Below are positions 1 through 12,421 of a stretch of DNA of 64,000 bases, one piece after another. Both the position numbers and the translations under genes were made by a program. The notes beneath the pieces are model-generated. The model did not search any database and had not been told where the DNA came from. It saw only the letters and a program-made list of their open reading frames with translations. Location: NCBI RefSeq assembly GCF_009914755.1, contig NC_060928.1; one strand, 5' to 3'. This stretch comes from the human T2T-CHM13v2.0 reference genome, Homo sapiens. Numbering within the stretch: position 1 is the first letter of the stretch; each line of letters starts with the position of its first letter.

Positions 1-410
1 CAAACAACAAACATGTGTTGCATACTTTCTGTGATAGCCAATGAGAATTTAAAGATACATAGAGCATAACTGTTGCCCCCAAGCAACAATGTAATAAAGA
101 AACAAATATATATGAAGAGAACTGCAAAAGACTGCAAATATGTACTTTCATAGAAGTGTGTGCAAAAGGTTTGGTGATGATACTTTAAAAGGGACCAGAG
201 AAGTCATAGCCAGGGTTGATTTCCAAAAAGGAAGATATTTGACTGATTTTGATGAGAAAGAGTAAGGTGTGTGTGTGCATGTGTGTGTGTCTGCACATGC
301 GTGTATGTGGGGAGGTTAGAAAAATCTGATATAAATGAATGAAAGAGATCAACTCAAATAAAAACAGATACATATATAGAACTAGCGAGGAATAAAAAAA
401 AAATGGTGTA

Positions 411-812
<402 letters not shown>

Positions 813-1689
813 TTAGAAAATAGAAGAGCTCGAGGGAGGTCAGAACAGCTGAGCAGACCTGAGTTAGCATATGGGGTATCAAGTCAAAGCCAGTGCACAA
901 TGTGGAGCTCAAACAACAAAAACCAATGGAAAGCTATTAATGGGTTCAATGGAGGCAGACTGGTCTCCCTTAAGGTTTTCTTTTTTTTTTTTAATTAAAG
1001 AAAAAATCACCCTGGAATAGAATGGAGGAAGAATTATAGGGGTAAAAACTAGAGTGGGAAGGAAAGTTAAGAGAATATTGAGAGAAACAATGGGGGTTTC
1101 TGAAGCAGGAACAACGGACAAGGGAGAATGGATGACAAAAAGAACAAGGCAGATATTGATATACTCGTGCTATAGGTAAACAGATTGAAGCTCTAAAAAG
1201 GTGATTCGCCCATGATCACACATTGGTCCCTATTGACTTCAAAGCCAAGATGGGCTTCCAGCTGTATTCCCTTGGGTGGGGCCACATTCACCTAGAGCAG
1301 GAGGACCACTTGCCTAGTCACCCAGTGGCATTTAGTAGCTTGGAAGGTGTGCTCAAAGACAACACAGTCTCAAAGAGGCACCAGTGCACCAGCATCCTGG
1401 GTTGTTTTCCTGGAGTCTTTATTCAGACATTGTACTTTAGCAATATTATTTTCTCTTTTGACAAAATTGCTATATGAGCATATTTTATCTTCTTTTTGGA
1501 AATGCTATTACTAATGATCAAGTAATATCTGAGCCAACCTGAGTCCCTAAGAGGAGAAAAGAAAATGTACTTTCCAAAACCTATTAATACAACCTGCCTT
1601 TATATTTGGATGGGCTAGCTGATTCTGAGAACTTCATCTGTCTAAGCTTTCTCCCTTTTTTTTTTTCCTTCTCTTTTCTACTCTTCTCT

Positions 1690-1903
<214 letters not shown>

Positions 1904-2477
1904 GATTGTTTTTTTCTTTCTTTTTCTTTCTTTCACTCTTTTTGTTTTACTTACAGAATGGCAGTGGGAAATAATCTGTAAACATACAGGTAGAAAAAAC
2001 ATTAATATAAATTTTGGTAAAACCAAAGTCTTGGTTAGCACTTGGATTTTTAAAAATTTTCATGTAAATAAAATTTAATTTACTGTTTAATATACCTAAT
2101 ATCTGATTCTGGGGGGAAACCAAAAACACAACTTTTTTCAAAATCATACAATTTGGGTTGCTTAATTCAAATAATGAGATGTTTTGATCTTGGCAGACTT
2201 GAGAGGGAAAAATTTTAGGAAAGACAACCTTGGTGAAAGAGGTAAAAAGTATTGCAGATCTTGGTTTTCATGATGACATAGAATAACACTAACAGACTGC
2301 TTTTGTTTACAATTACTCTTAGTAATTTCTTGTCTGTGGAATAAATAAAGTCATGTTTATATGGGTGCCCTCAACTATATGGTGTGTCTGATTCTCTATG
2401 GATCTTGTAGTTCAGTTGCTTTGAACAGTAAAGAAGGAATTTAAGAAATACTAAAAAAAAAAAAAAAAAAAAAAAAA

Positions 2478-3105
2478 GAGTCAGAGATTCCAAGTTATTC
2501 AAGACAAATTTGACTAAAATTCTCAGTTTTCTCATCTATAAATAAATAAATAATACCTATCTGTATTAGTCAGGGTCTTCCAGAACCAAGAAGGGGTATG
2601 TGATATAATCATAGAGTGCGAGAGTGTGAGAGAGAAAAAGAGACAGCACAAATTTATTTTAAGGAATTCGCTTCTGTGATTGTGGAGGTTTGATGAGCCC
2701 CAAAGCCAATGATGTAGGCTGGTAAGCTGGAGAAAAAGGGAAGAGTTGCTCTTTGAATGCAAAGGCAGTCTGTTGGCAGAATTCCTTTTTGCCTGGGGAA
2801 TGTCAGTCTTTTTCTACTAAGGCCTTCAACAGCGATTGAATGAGGTTCACCACATTATGGAGGGTAATCTGTTTTACTCAAAGTCGAACAATTTAAATGT
2901 TAATCTCAGCCAAAACACCCTTATAGAAACATCCAGAATAATGTTGGACCAAATATCTGGACACTATGGCCAAGTTGACATACAAAATTAACCATAATAC
3001 CATCTCAAAAGAATGTCCTGAGAATTAAATGATTTAATACGTGCAAACCACTTAGGACATTTTCTGGCACATAATATTCACCAAATGTTAACTCTTGTTC
3101 TTGTT
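2478..3105 (+). mobile_element. MIR SINE interrupted by an MLT2 LTR
   Basis: Core TCTCAGTTTTCTCATCTATAAA...TAATACCTATC resumes after the LTR as CTCAAAAGAATGTCCTGAGAATTAAATGA...TCTGGCACATAAT. Confidence 0.7.
2562..2999 (-). mobile_element. MLT2 (ERVL) solo LTR
   Basis: TGTATTAGTCAGGGTCTTCCAGA...CAAGTTGACATACAAAATTAACCAT matches reverse-complement MLT2 termini; 5-bp TSD CTATC/CCATC. Confidence 0.85.
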
Positions 3106-4659
3106 ATTCAAGCAACTACTGTGGTGTTGAAGAAAATAACTACTGTTTTGTAGCTTGTATTAGAAATACTTCTACTGTTCAGATAATAGGAGACATTTTG
3201 AGTGATCATGAAAAACAGCAAACATGATGTAGAAAAGAGCTTTTTAGTAAATTATTAGATGTTCTCATTCAAATTGAAACTTTGTGTAGAGAAATACATT
3301 TATGTATCTATACCAATGCAAGTACACTGAAAAAAAAAATTCTTTTACATTGCTTTCCTTGGCACTTCTACAGATACAACTCTTTCCTTTTCAATAGTTA
3401 GAAAAAGGTCAGTTCTTCAAATCTGATCAGGAAAAGTGGCTTGCTTCCTGTTAAAGAGAAGTTTGTTCTTTATCTTTCTCTCTTTTCTTTTTTGTGACTG
3501 CTGGGAAATCAGGATAAAATAAAGGCCTATCTCATAAAACCTTAGGCAGCAGCATGGTTGCATTATTCACACTTAGTTTAAATGGAGAACTTCATTACCA
3601 CCAGCAAAGTTATGAAATACATGCAGTTCCCAAGTGGACTTGGCTTTCCACCAAATAAATCATTCATGAATGTGCAAGGTTATAGCCTTGCTTTCCCTCT
3701 CTGCACCTATTTCACTGTAGGATTCTTAACCAGCTGGCTTTTGCTACTTGCAAACTGATCTAACAGCTGAAGCTCAAAGTTCAGAGAGCAGTAGTTTGCC
3801 ACTCTGACAGTGCAATGTTCTCCCTTTCTTCATTAATTGTGAATTTTCTCAAAGCTTGTTTTTTTAAAATCATAATTTGTAAGAAACTCTGTGATTCCTG
3901 AATAAATCCTTTCCCCAAAACAAAGCTGACTTCCCATTTATTTTGAAATAGTCTGAAATTACTTTCATTATCAATATCCTCGGCTCTCTTTCCCCCACTT
4001 CCCCAGCTCCCCCAGCCAAGACTTTGAATCGTTTCCTTTCCCTGTGAGTCCTCTGGGAGTTTGTTCCAGGTACAGGCAGTTTTGCATCTTAAGGTATGAA
4101 ACAGCTGTATTCTGTTGCTTCTCTTTTGTCCCATGTTCTTTGTTTCTCAGCCTCGCTGATGTGATTAATTTTATGAAGGGCTCTGCTCACAGTGCAGCTG
4201 TAGTCAGCCTGGGTAGGTAGTGGTGTAAGCTACCCACTGAGTCTGCCAGTGTTGAGGGTGGAGTAGCTGATGTAGTCAGTACCAGCCTTGAGCAAATTGG
4301 AAAAATGAAGTGAGAGTATCTTGGGTGCCCATACCCCCAACCTTGATGCTGTGCTTCTCTCTTGTTCATCCCCCCCAGCCAATGCTCTTCCACTGCTGTA
4401 AGACCTTTCTGTCTCTGAGAAGCTAATTCTCATTCTGGAGGATCTCATGTTACCTCTTAATTTCCATTATGTGTGAGGGTTATTTGAAGAGAGCAATATT
4501 TAACCCAAAGAAACACAAGTTGTGGAATATCCAGCCTCCTGAGATGGATAGTGTGCCTTTTAAACCACATGATGTAAATTAATTATGTACTCTATTTGTC
4601 TGGGAGTCTTTAAAGAAGGTCTCACTATGAAGTAGATAGTGCTGAATCCCCACTAAGCA

Positions 4660-5140
4660 TGCTGAATGTAATGAGAGCTCCTGGTTTCCTACCCCAATTC
4701 GCCCTTCCTGGACTGGTATATCCATCCTCCAGTTGCTTACAGTGTTGACTGGTAAGGACTTATGGCTGTGAGCGGTACTCATCTCTGGAGATCTCTTATT
4801 CACCAGTGGGAACCACTTAGCTTAAACATTCTTGGATGGTTATTCCTGACTCAGGAGCAGCCCACAACTGCAGCCAATGGCTGATATGCAGAACGAAATT
4901 CCAGCTGCCTCACCTAGAGCTGGAATGTCTGTGGGCTACCATTCAGGCCCCAGAATCCCTCACAGGCTCAGCCTGAAGCTAGTGTCCAGCTGAACTTGCA
5001 TCCTTGTCTCTCTTTGTCTCTCTTCTTCCCGGACCCCTACTCTGCTTCCTTCCCTTCCTTACAGGTTCCTCCTAGAAGAGCTGTCTTGAAATCACTTGCA
5101 CAGAGTGCATTCTTAGTCTCAGCTTCTAGGGCATGTAAGA
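4660..5140 (+). mobile_element. LTR16C-like ERVL solo LTR (diverged)
   Basis: GGAGCAGCCCACAAC..CAGCCAATGGCTGA, GCCTGAAGCTAG, CTGCTTCCTTCCCTTCCTTACAGGTT, AAATCACTTGCAC, GCTTCTAGGG recall LTR16C; ends approximate. Confidence 0.6.
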
Positions 5141-6449
5141 TCCTGAGCTAAGCTTAGGGAACTGGCAAAGCATGGGACCTAAAGGAGAGGAGGGGGAAAT
5201 TTTTGCAAAATTTGATATTGCAAATCAAGAAAAAATAGCATTTAAGCACTGGTCATGGAGAAAAATTAGAATTTTTCTTTTTTTTTTTTAGAGGTTCACA
5301 TTGTTTTTATATTTTAAATGGCTTTGGGCAGGGCACCTAATCTCTTGAGTGCTTAGTTACATTACATGTCTTAAGCACTGTTAGTAGAAAAGGGTATTTA
5401 TTGCATACGCCAATTTGTTTGCCATTTATTTAAAGATGTATGCCTCTGTGAATTCATGGATGAAAAAACATATATAAATCACAAAGTTTACAAATTTAAC
5501 TATGCAAATCTCATAACTACAAATGAATCTTCCCAAAGAAGTGATGTGATAAATTGTTGCTAGGTGACAATTCTTTGTCTACTGAAGGCATCTTGCACTT
5601 GGCCACGCTAGGAGCAAACTCTAGTTCAGGGAGGGAGGTGAGGGAGACTCTCATATTTTCTACATATTAAAGGAGGTCAGGCTACTTCCAGGATCCAGTC
5701 AGAACCATGAGCTTATCTTACTGGGCATCCTTTCTTGAAACCTATATTAGAGGCAGAGAAAACCCAAAACCTTGGCAGCAGGCTTCTGATTAACCACAGA
5801 ACTGTTCACATTTAGGTAACCCCCTTACTTGAGTCATACCTCTTGTTTTTTACAACCCAGAGTCATACCTGTCTATGCTCATATCTCATGTTTTAGGCAG
5901 CTATTTGCCCATGCAAAGCACACTCTAGCCATAAAAGTAACATCTTCCTTGTTCTCATTCTGCATCTTCTATGATTCTGCACTCATCTCTGCTCCTCCTC
6001 CATTCATTCCTCTCCCCTGTCTCCTCACAGGAACTTCTGTGGATGGATAATCTATTTGGGTATATCCAAGGATAAGTGGCCAGCAATGGCTCATTCTTCA
6101 GCATCCAAATGCCTCACAATATTGTGATCCTAGGCAATGTCCTCAATGTATCCCTTAAAATAGAATAAAATAAACAGAACACAAGAGAAGCCACCATACA
6201 AGCAGGAGGCTTTCTACTGCCAAGATTCCAAATAGATTAAGCCTGTCAATTCTGCCACCTTTGCTCCAGGTACTGTGAGCTCCCAATGGGATAAAAGGTG
6301 AGATGCTTTCTTGAACTGCTCAATTGACCCCATCCCATCAACTGATGTTTCTTATGAGGGGAATACTAGCTTTAAAAATACGCTCTGTTCACGTAGCAAT
6401 TACTAGAGCTCTAGAAACAGGGCCAAAATTCTTTTCATGTTATAACTAT

Positions 6450-6655
6450 ATCTACTGCCAGCTATCATTTATTGCACACATACTATGTGACAGGCACAAT
6501 GCCAGATACTTTTGGAGTCATAATTTTTCATCCTTATCATAGCTTGCAGAGGTAGGTATTATCCATTCTGCAAATGAAGGAATTGTGGTTTAAAAAGGGT
6601 AAGATATTAAGTGCCAAATCTGAATATAATCCTATGTGGATCTGTCTTCCAAGTC
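6450..6655 (-). mobile_element. MIR SINE
   Basis: CATTTATTGCACACATACTATGTGACAGGCAC...GAGGTAGGTATTATCCATTCTGCAAATGAAGGAATTG. Confidence 0.7.
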
Positions 6656-6734
6656 TTTATCCTATTACCCTCCTTTTTATTGTCTTCTAACTTCTCACTA
6701 ATCAGCTTAACAACTATCCATTTGCATAGCCCCC

Positions 6735-7263
6735 TCTACTAGTTATCTATTGCTGCATAACAACCTTAGTGGCTTAAAACATTTATTATCTCACAGTTTC
6801 CACTGGTCAGGAGACTTGCTATGGCTTATCTGGCACCATTGCTCAGAGTCTTAAAATCTGCAATCAGGGTGTCAGCTGGCCTTTGTTCCTTTCTGGAGCT
6901 TGGTGTCCTCTCCCAAGCTGTAGGAGAAACTAATTTCCTTGCACCTGTAGGGCTGAGAGTCCCAGCTTTTTACTGGCTGTTGGCTGAAAGTTGCTCTCAT
7001 CTCCAAAAGGACTTCGCATGGCCCTTTTCATAGGTGTTCACAACATGGCTATTGGCTTCTTGAAGGGCAGCAGTAGTCCCCCGTCTCCAATGTGCTATGA
7101 TGGAGTTTTATGTAATGTAACCTAAGCAAAGGCATGACATTTTACCACCTTTGCTATATTCTATTTGTTAGAAGCAAGTCACAGGTCCCACCTACACTCA
7201 AGGGGAGGGAATCATTCAGGGGCATGAATTATTTTGAGTCACTTTAGGGTGTTTCTGCCATAC
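6735..7263 (-). mobile_element. MLT1 (MaLR) solo LTR, MLT1E/F-like
   Basis: TAGTTATCTATTGCTGCATAACAA...TAGTGGCTTAAAACATTTATTATCTCACAGTTTC and GTTAGAAGCAAGTCACAGGTCCCACCTACACTCAAGGGGAGGG. Confidence 0.8.
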
Positions 7264-8780
7264 TCCCTTGGCAAAGATCTCACAGAGCTGCAGATGATTC
7301 TCACTGCAGCTGTTACTTCCAGCTGCCATTTTCCTCCCCCATCTATAAAGTGGGGAGGTTGTTATTCATCTGCTTTGCTGGGGCAGGGTGACAATTTGGC
7401 CATAAAATGCTTTGATACCCAGAATGAAAGGCTCTTTATAAAGCCAAAGTATGTTTTTTCCCCAAAGAGAAAAATATAGAAAGAAGTCATCTGTTGCTAG
7501 GGAAACCACAACCTTTCACTATGCTTATTTAGAAAAAAAGACATATTCAAGACTCTTCACTGTAGGAACAGAGACTGTGCTTTATGTTGGTAAGAATAAA
7601 CAAAGAAGAAAAATATCATTCTTCTCAAATGAAAAAAAAATCCATTATCTTGTGTCTTGCTAAAAATATTTTATTCTCCACAGTTCAATTCGAAATTCAC
7701 AGTAACCCCCACCCCTGCCGTTTTTGTCTTGCTTCATATGAAACTCCCTTTGAAGTCAGCAGAACCTTTGGGTCTGAACAAAACATGAGAAGCTGAAGGA
7801 AGACTGGGCAAACTAGCAAAAACCCATGCCAATATGGCATGGCTAAGAGGCTATGGGATCTCTCCCTTCTGTCCACATTGCGCCTGGGCACTAAGTCAAG
7901 AAAGAGTTTCAGAAATTTTTTTTTTTAATACTCACACTTAGTACATCACCAGACTCCTTGTACCATTGCTTAAATGATCACATTTTTATACAGATACTGT
8001 CGTTCAATTCTTAGTTTTAAAAAGGCCGTTCTATTTTCTGGTGTCTGAAATTTTAGCTAAAATGAGTTGATACAGTTTGACTCTAAAGACCGCCTTCACA
8101 GTCCCTTTAGCTCCAAGTCTTTTTCTTTGTCACACAGTAGGATGCTTTCTCTTCAAGTGCCCTGGTGAGCAGGTCACTGAGCACAGGCTTCCAATCTGCT
8201 TGGCCAAACCACCGCCGTCTCCCGAGGAAATTCTATTTAGAATCTCTTCAGGGATTTTTGTTTGTGAAAGTGTGGAGGAGACACAGGATGAAAGGAGGAG
8301 ATAAGCAAACTCGAATTTTCTGACCTGGAGAAATACTGTTAAGAGTGATGTTTGAATGGGGACATGAATCCTGTTTAGCCTCCTGAAAACCTGCTGGAAC
8401 TGTGGAGGGCATCACTTAAAGTTAAAAACTGAAAAGACATCCGGAAATTGAGGAAAATGTTATTTTGGGTTGGCTTTTCTGTATAGTCTATATACCACTG
8501 ATTCTTCTGCTCTTAATTGTTGTTGGACAAATACCCAAAGTGGATTTTATGTCTTTTCTCCCTAGGTAAGAAGCTATTCAAGGTTGTTTCCACCCACTCC
8601 TTCAAAAGGCCCATGACCAGGAAGGAGCTGGGGAGACAGGCAAGGACTCATGAATCCAAGTCATCCAAAACCCATCTGCTGAGCAATCAGTTCATTGTAG
8701 AGAGTTAGCACTCAAGTGAGCTACCGATTATTAACTAATAAAAGGATCATTATTATAGTTCTAATTGTCTCAGATATCCC

Positions 8781-9030
8781 TTTCACATATATATATTTCA
8801 CAAATATATATATATATTTCACAAATATATATATATTTCACAAATATATATATTTCACAATTATATATATATTTCACAAATATATATATTTCACAAATAT
8901 ATATTTCACATATATATATTTCACAAATATATATATTTCACAAATATATATATTTCAAAAATATCTATATTTCAAATATATATATTTCACAAATATATAT
9001 ATATTTCATAAATTATATATATGTATATAC
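8781..9030. repeat. AT-rich minisatellite, unit TTTCACA(A)(AT)n, about 12 copies
   Basis: Directly visible tandem units with variable AT count; generates spurious ORFs 8716-9045 and 8765-9115. Confidence 0.95.
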
Positions 9031-10417
9031 ATATTTGCTCTGTGAGTCTGGATGGGACTATATTTTATTCATTATTGTGGTGCTTACATTAAAGCTTGTT
9101 AATTCAAGCTGTTAAGCTCCCTGTAGGAAAAATCTCAAATGATTGCAGTCATATTTAAAACTGATCTTATGCTGAGAATCACATACAAATAAATATCAGT
9201 AAAAATGCATTTTTATTTCAAGATAAAAGTCAACAAGTAATATTAAAAACAGTGGTTTGCATCACTATTTTGTCATAGCCATGTGTATTATACCAAGAAA
9301 AGACTGTACTAATTAGATTTCTAATTATCATTCAACTTCAACAGGACAACAAGGTTTAAATTTATACCTTTCTATAGGAAAAAGCCATTTTAAACTCTGA
9401 ATTTCCCTGCCAAGGAAATTTTACATGGGGTCATATGCATGAATTACTGGAGACTCTGCAGAAAATTTTATCTAGGGAATATATAAAGGATGAGGATTTT
9501 TAAAATGTGAACACGTCACTGTACTCCAATTATACCATACTAATTTTCAATATTATTATACTAATAACTTAGGAATCAAATATTTTGGTTAGAAGCAAGG
9601 AGTGAAAATGCTAATATTCTTCTAATTATAAGTTATAGGCAGCATAATTTGTTGCTAATAGCACCAGACACTTTTGTTGGTATTCAGTAGTAAAAGAAAA
9701 AAATTAAAACCACTCAGTTTGACATAGTTGCATACCAATAAGGCATAGTTGTTTTTAAGGTCTTCTTCAAAAGTGAACCTGACAAGCTACTCAAGAAATA
9801 TTTACCACATCCTCTGCCTTATAGGTTTGCATGTTGCTGGGAGATAAAAGGCATCAAAAGGTAAATGAAATGGGCAGGAAGAACAAGAATAATTGGAAAC
9901 ACTTAACTGTAGTTAGCCTGTTCTGCCTGAATGTAACAGTATAGTGGCTTGCAGTGGTAAATTGACCCAAGAAACTTATTTAAGACTATCAGCTCACTAT
10001 TTTAGATAGATTCACAGCCGATGTTACACTTGGGAGAAGTGGTTTCATAAACTAGAAAAGACAATTCTTGATTTTTAAAAATTTGCTCAGTTTGAGAAAA
10101 ATGTATCTTTAAACCAAAATAAGTTTAATGCTAGTTTGCACAGAAGCATATTTCTTCTTTTCAAAAATGGTTGGCAGTTGAAACAATCATTAGATTATTT
10201 GGAAATCATTTAATTACCTTGAAGCAGGTATCAAGCCGTTGGCATGAGCTGCAGATTTAGCTATGCTAAGACATAGAAATAAGATTCATCAATCAAGGTT
10301 CTTAGCCAGCCTATTCTAATGGTTAATAATAATGTCTATTCCTGATCTCCTCCACACTGCTGCCTATGCAGTTGCCTTGAAAATATTTTCAATAGAAATG
10401 AACAATTAAAAAGTGGA

Positions 10418-10523
10418 GTCTTCACTTCAGCAGCACTTACACTAAAACTGAAACATACAGAGAAGATTGGCATGGTCCCTGTGCAAAAGATGACATGCAC
10501 ATTGTGAACTGTTCTATATTTTT
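10418..10523 (+). pseudogene. Full-length U6 snRNA retrocopy (5' part of a U6-L1 chimera)
   Basis: GTCTTCACTTCAGCAGCAC...ATACAGAGAAGATTGGCATGGTCCCTGTGCAA...GTTCTATATTTTT aligns end to end with U6, ACAGAGA box intact. Confidence 0.95.
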
Positions 10524-10686
10524 ATCGAATTGTTTGTGACACAGAGGATAAATGCTTTAGGTGATGGACACTCCATTCCTGAATCACTCATTCACCCTGA
10601 AGTGATTATTACACATGCTTGTATTAAACTATCACATATACCCCATAATTATATATACTATGTACCCATAAAATTAAAAATTAATT
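10524..10686 (+). mobile_element. L1MA1-3-like 3' end fused to U6
   Basis: GGATAAATGCTTTAGGTGATGGA...ACCCCATAATTATATATACTATGTACCCATAAAATTAAAAA; shared TSD AATTAAAAAGTGGAG (10404-10418) / AATTAAATTGTGGAG (10687-10701). Confidence 0.88.
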
Positions 10687-12421
10687 AATTAAATTGTGGA
10701 GAAGTTTCTAATATCAGATTAGAGACTTTACTAATCTTTTTCATTGGCCCAATAATTTTATATGATTAGTCATTAACCAGTAGATTAATATAATTACAGA
10801 TTTATTGTCTCTGCCTTGTTTTGCATTGTGGAAGATGTGCAGAGATGACACCAGACTTGTATTTTTCAAATCCCACAATTATTTCACATAAATATAAATT
10901 CAGATGAAACACTTTGCAATTGAAAGGGAACTTTGCAATCAACAAATGATAGATCTGAGATTCAAAGGGGCAAAGCTATTTGTCTCAAGTCATAAAGACA
11001 GATAGTGTGGGACCTGAAGCAAAACTGACAATTTCCTGGTTCCTAGCCCAGTGCATTTACAGTGCACCTCCAAGGCATTAGAATTTTCAAAAATCGTGTC
11101 AAGTAGATATAAAATGATTATATTTTGATTTTCAGGACTCTGTGAATTTCCATAGGATATTTCCCTTTTCCAAAGAATTTTGGAAGCCTAAGTTAACACC
11201 TGCTCCTTTTAAGTAAATGAAAAACATCTTTATTCTTTAATAAATTCTCCTTGCTCCCACTATAAGTGCCAAACAAAAGTACACGAGCTGTCAGTATCTC
11301 CATTAAAAAAAAAAACAAAAAGCATGAAATAGTTTTAAAAGTCTTATTAGGGAAGTGATAAACGGAACTACCGCCAAGGTTTGGCTCTATTTTCTCCTCT
11401 TGGATGTAATTGGTTCCTTATTTTCAAAGTTTGAATCTTTCACATTCTTGCAGATGCTACGCTATACCGAAACACTTTAAAACTGACCCTGAAGCCACCA
11501 AGAAGATTAAGCAGTGATTTGAACATTTTTTACTAAGGAAGGTTAGTGTATTTGAAATGAAACAAAAAATACATTTGGTTAGAACTCTGTCTCTTCAGTG
11601 CATTGTTTTAATAACAATGCCAGTTCCAGTGAGTTTTGAATGCACTTCGAAGAGTGTGCAAATACACATTAAAATTATGTAATAGCCCATGGTCACTTGG
11701 AGCTAAGTGGATAGTGCCAATGCCAAGAATTCCAGCCTGTATTTTGTCCTGAAATCACAAACTCATTTGAGAGCTAGAACGTGAGTTCAAGTGTGCCTTG
11801 GCAGATAGACAATCTGGCACATGGTTTGCAAGAAATGATACTGGGTAGAATCACTAGATGGAACAGAAGAGTGGTTAGCCTAATTTCTACTTTGACTTCT
11901 TGATAAAGAGTAAGTTCTTTCAGGAATTACATTTTAAGAACTGTACTGTTTGGCCCTGACAGCCTCAGGCCAAGTTGTTTTAGCTGCAAATTCCAGCTAC
12001 CATCTGACTCAAACTTGCTCAATTCTAGCCTTTGCATGCCAAGTAACTATGCATCTCTACGTCCTCATTCAATATGACTCTGATTGCAGTTAGGTGCATG
12101 GGGACTGAAGTAATATAGAGTCAAGGAAAACAACTTGCAAAGCTAGGGGTTTGGAAATCTTCAAAGCTCCAAACATTTGACTACTCAAATGTCTTTGGTC
12201 GTTGTTGCTGTGTTTTTTCTGTTACCTGCTGATCATATCTATGACACAATATTTGTGGCTTTTAAATCTGAAAAACAAGGCTTTTTAAAAATGAGTAGAG
12301 TTTGATGGAAGGGACATTTTCTTCTCAATTTGGTCACCTTGATTTTGCCACCTAGTTTAATACAAGGAGATTACCTCAAATTTGAAGTTCGCTGTCTCAT
12401 TTTGACGGAATAACAATTCTC

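Noticed and set aside
8716-9115. Ile/Tyr-rich repetitive ORFs; superficially CRISPR-like periodicity
   Set aside because: Translation of an AT minisatellite with no unique spacers, in eukaryotic context
10418-10523. Functional U6 gene
   Set aside because: Many substitutions including CpG decay, no recognisable PSE/TATA upstream, fused to L1 within a TSD
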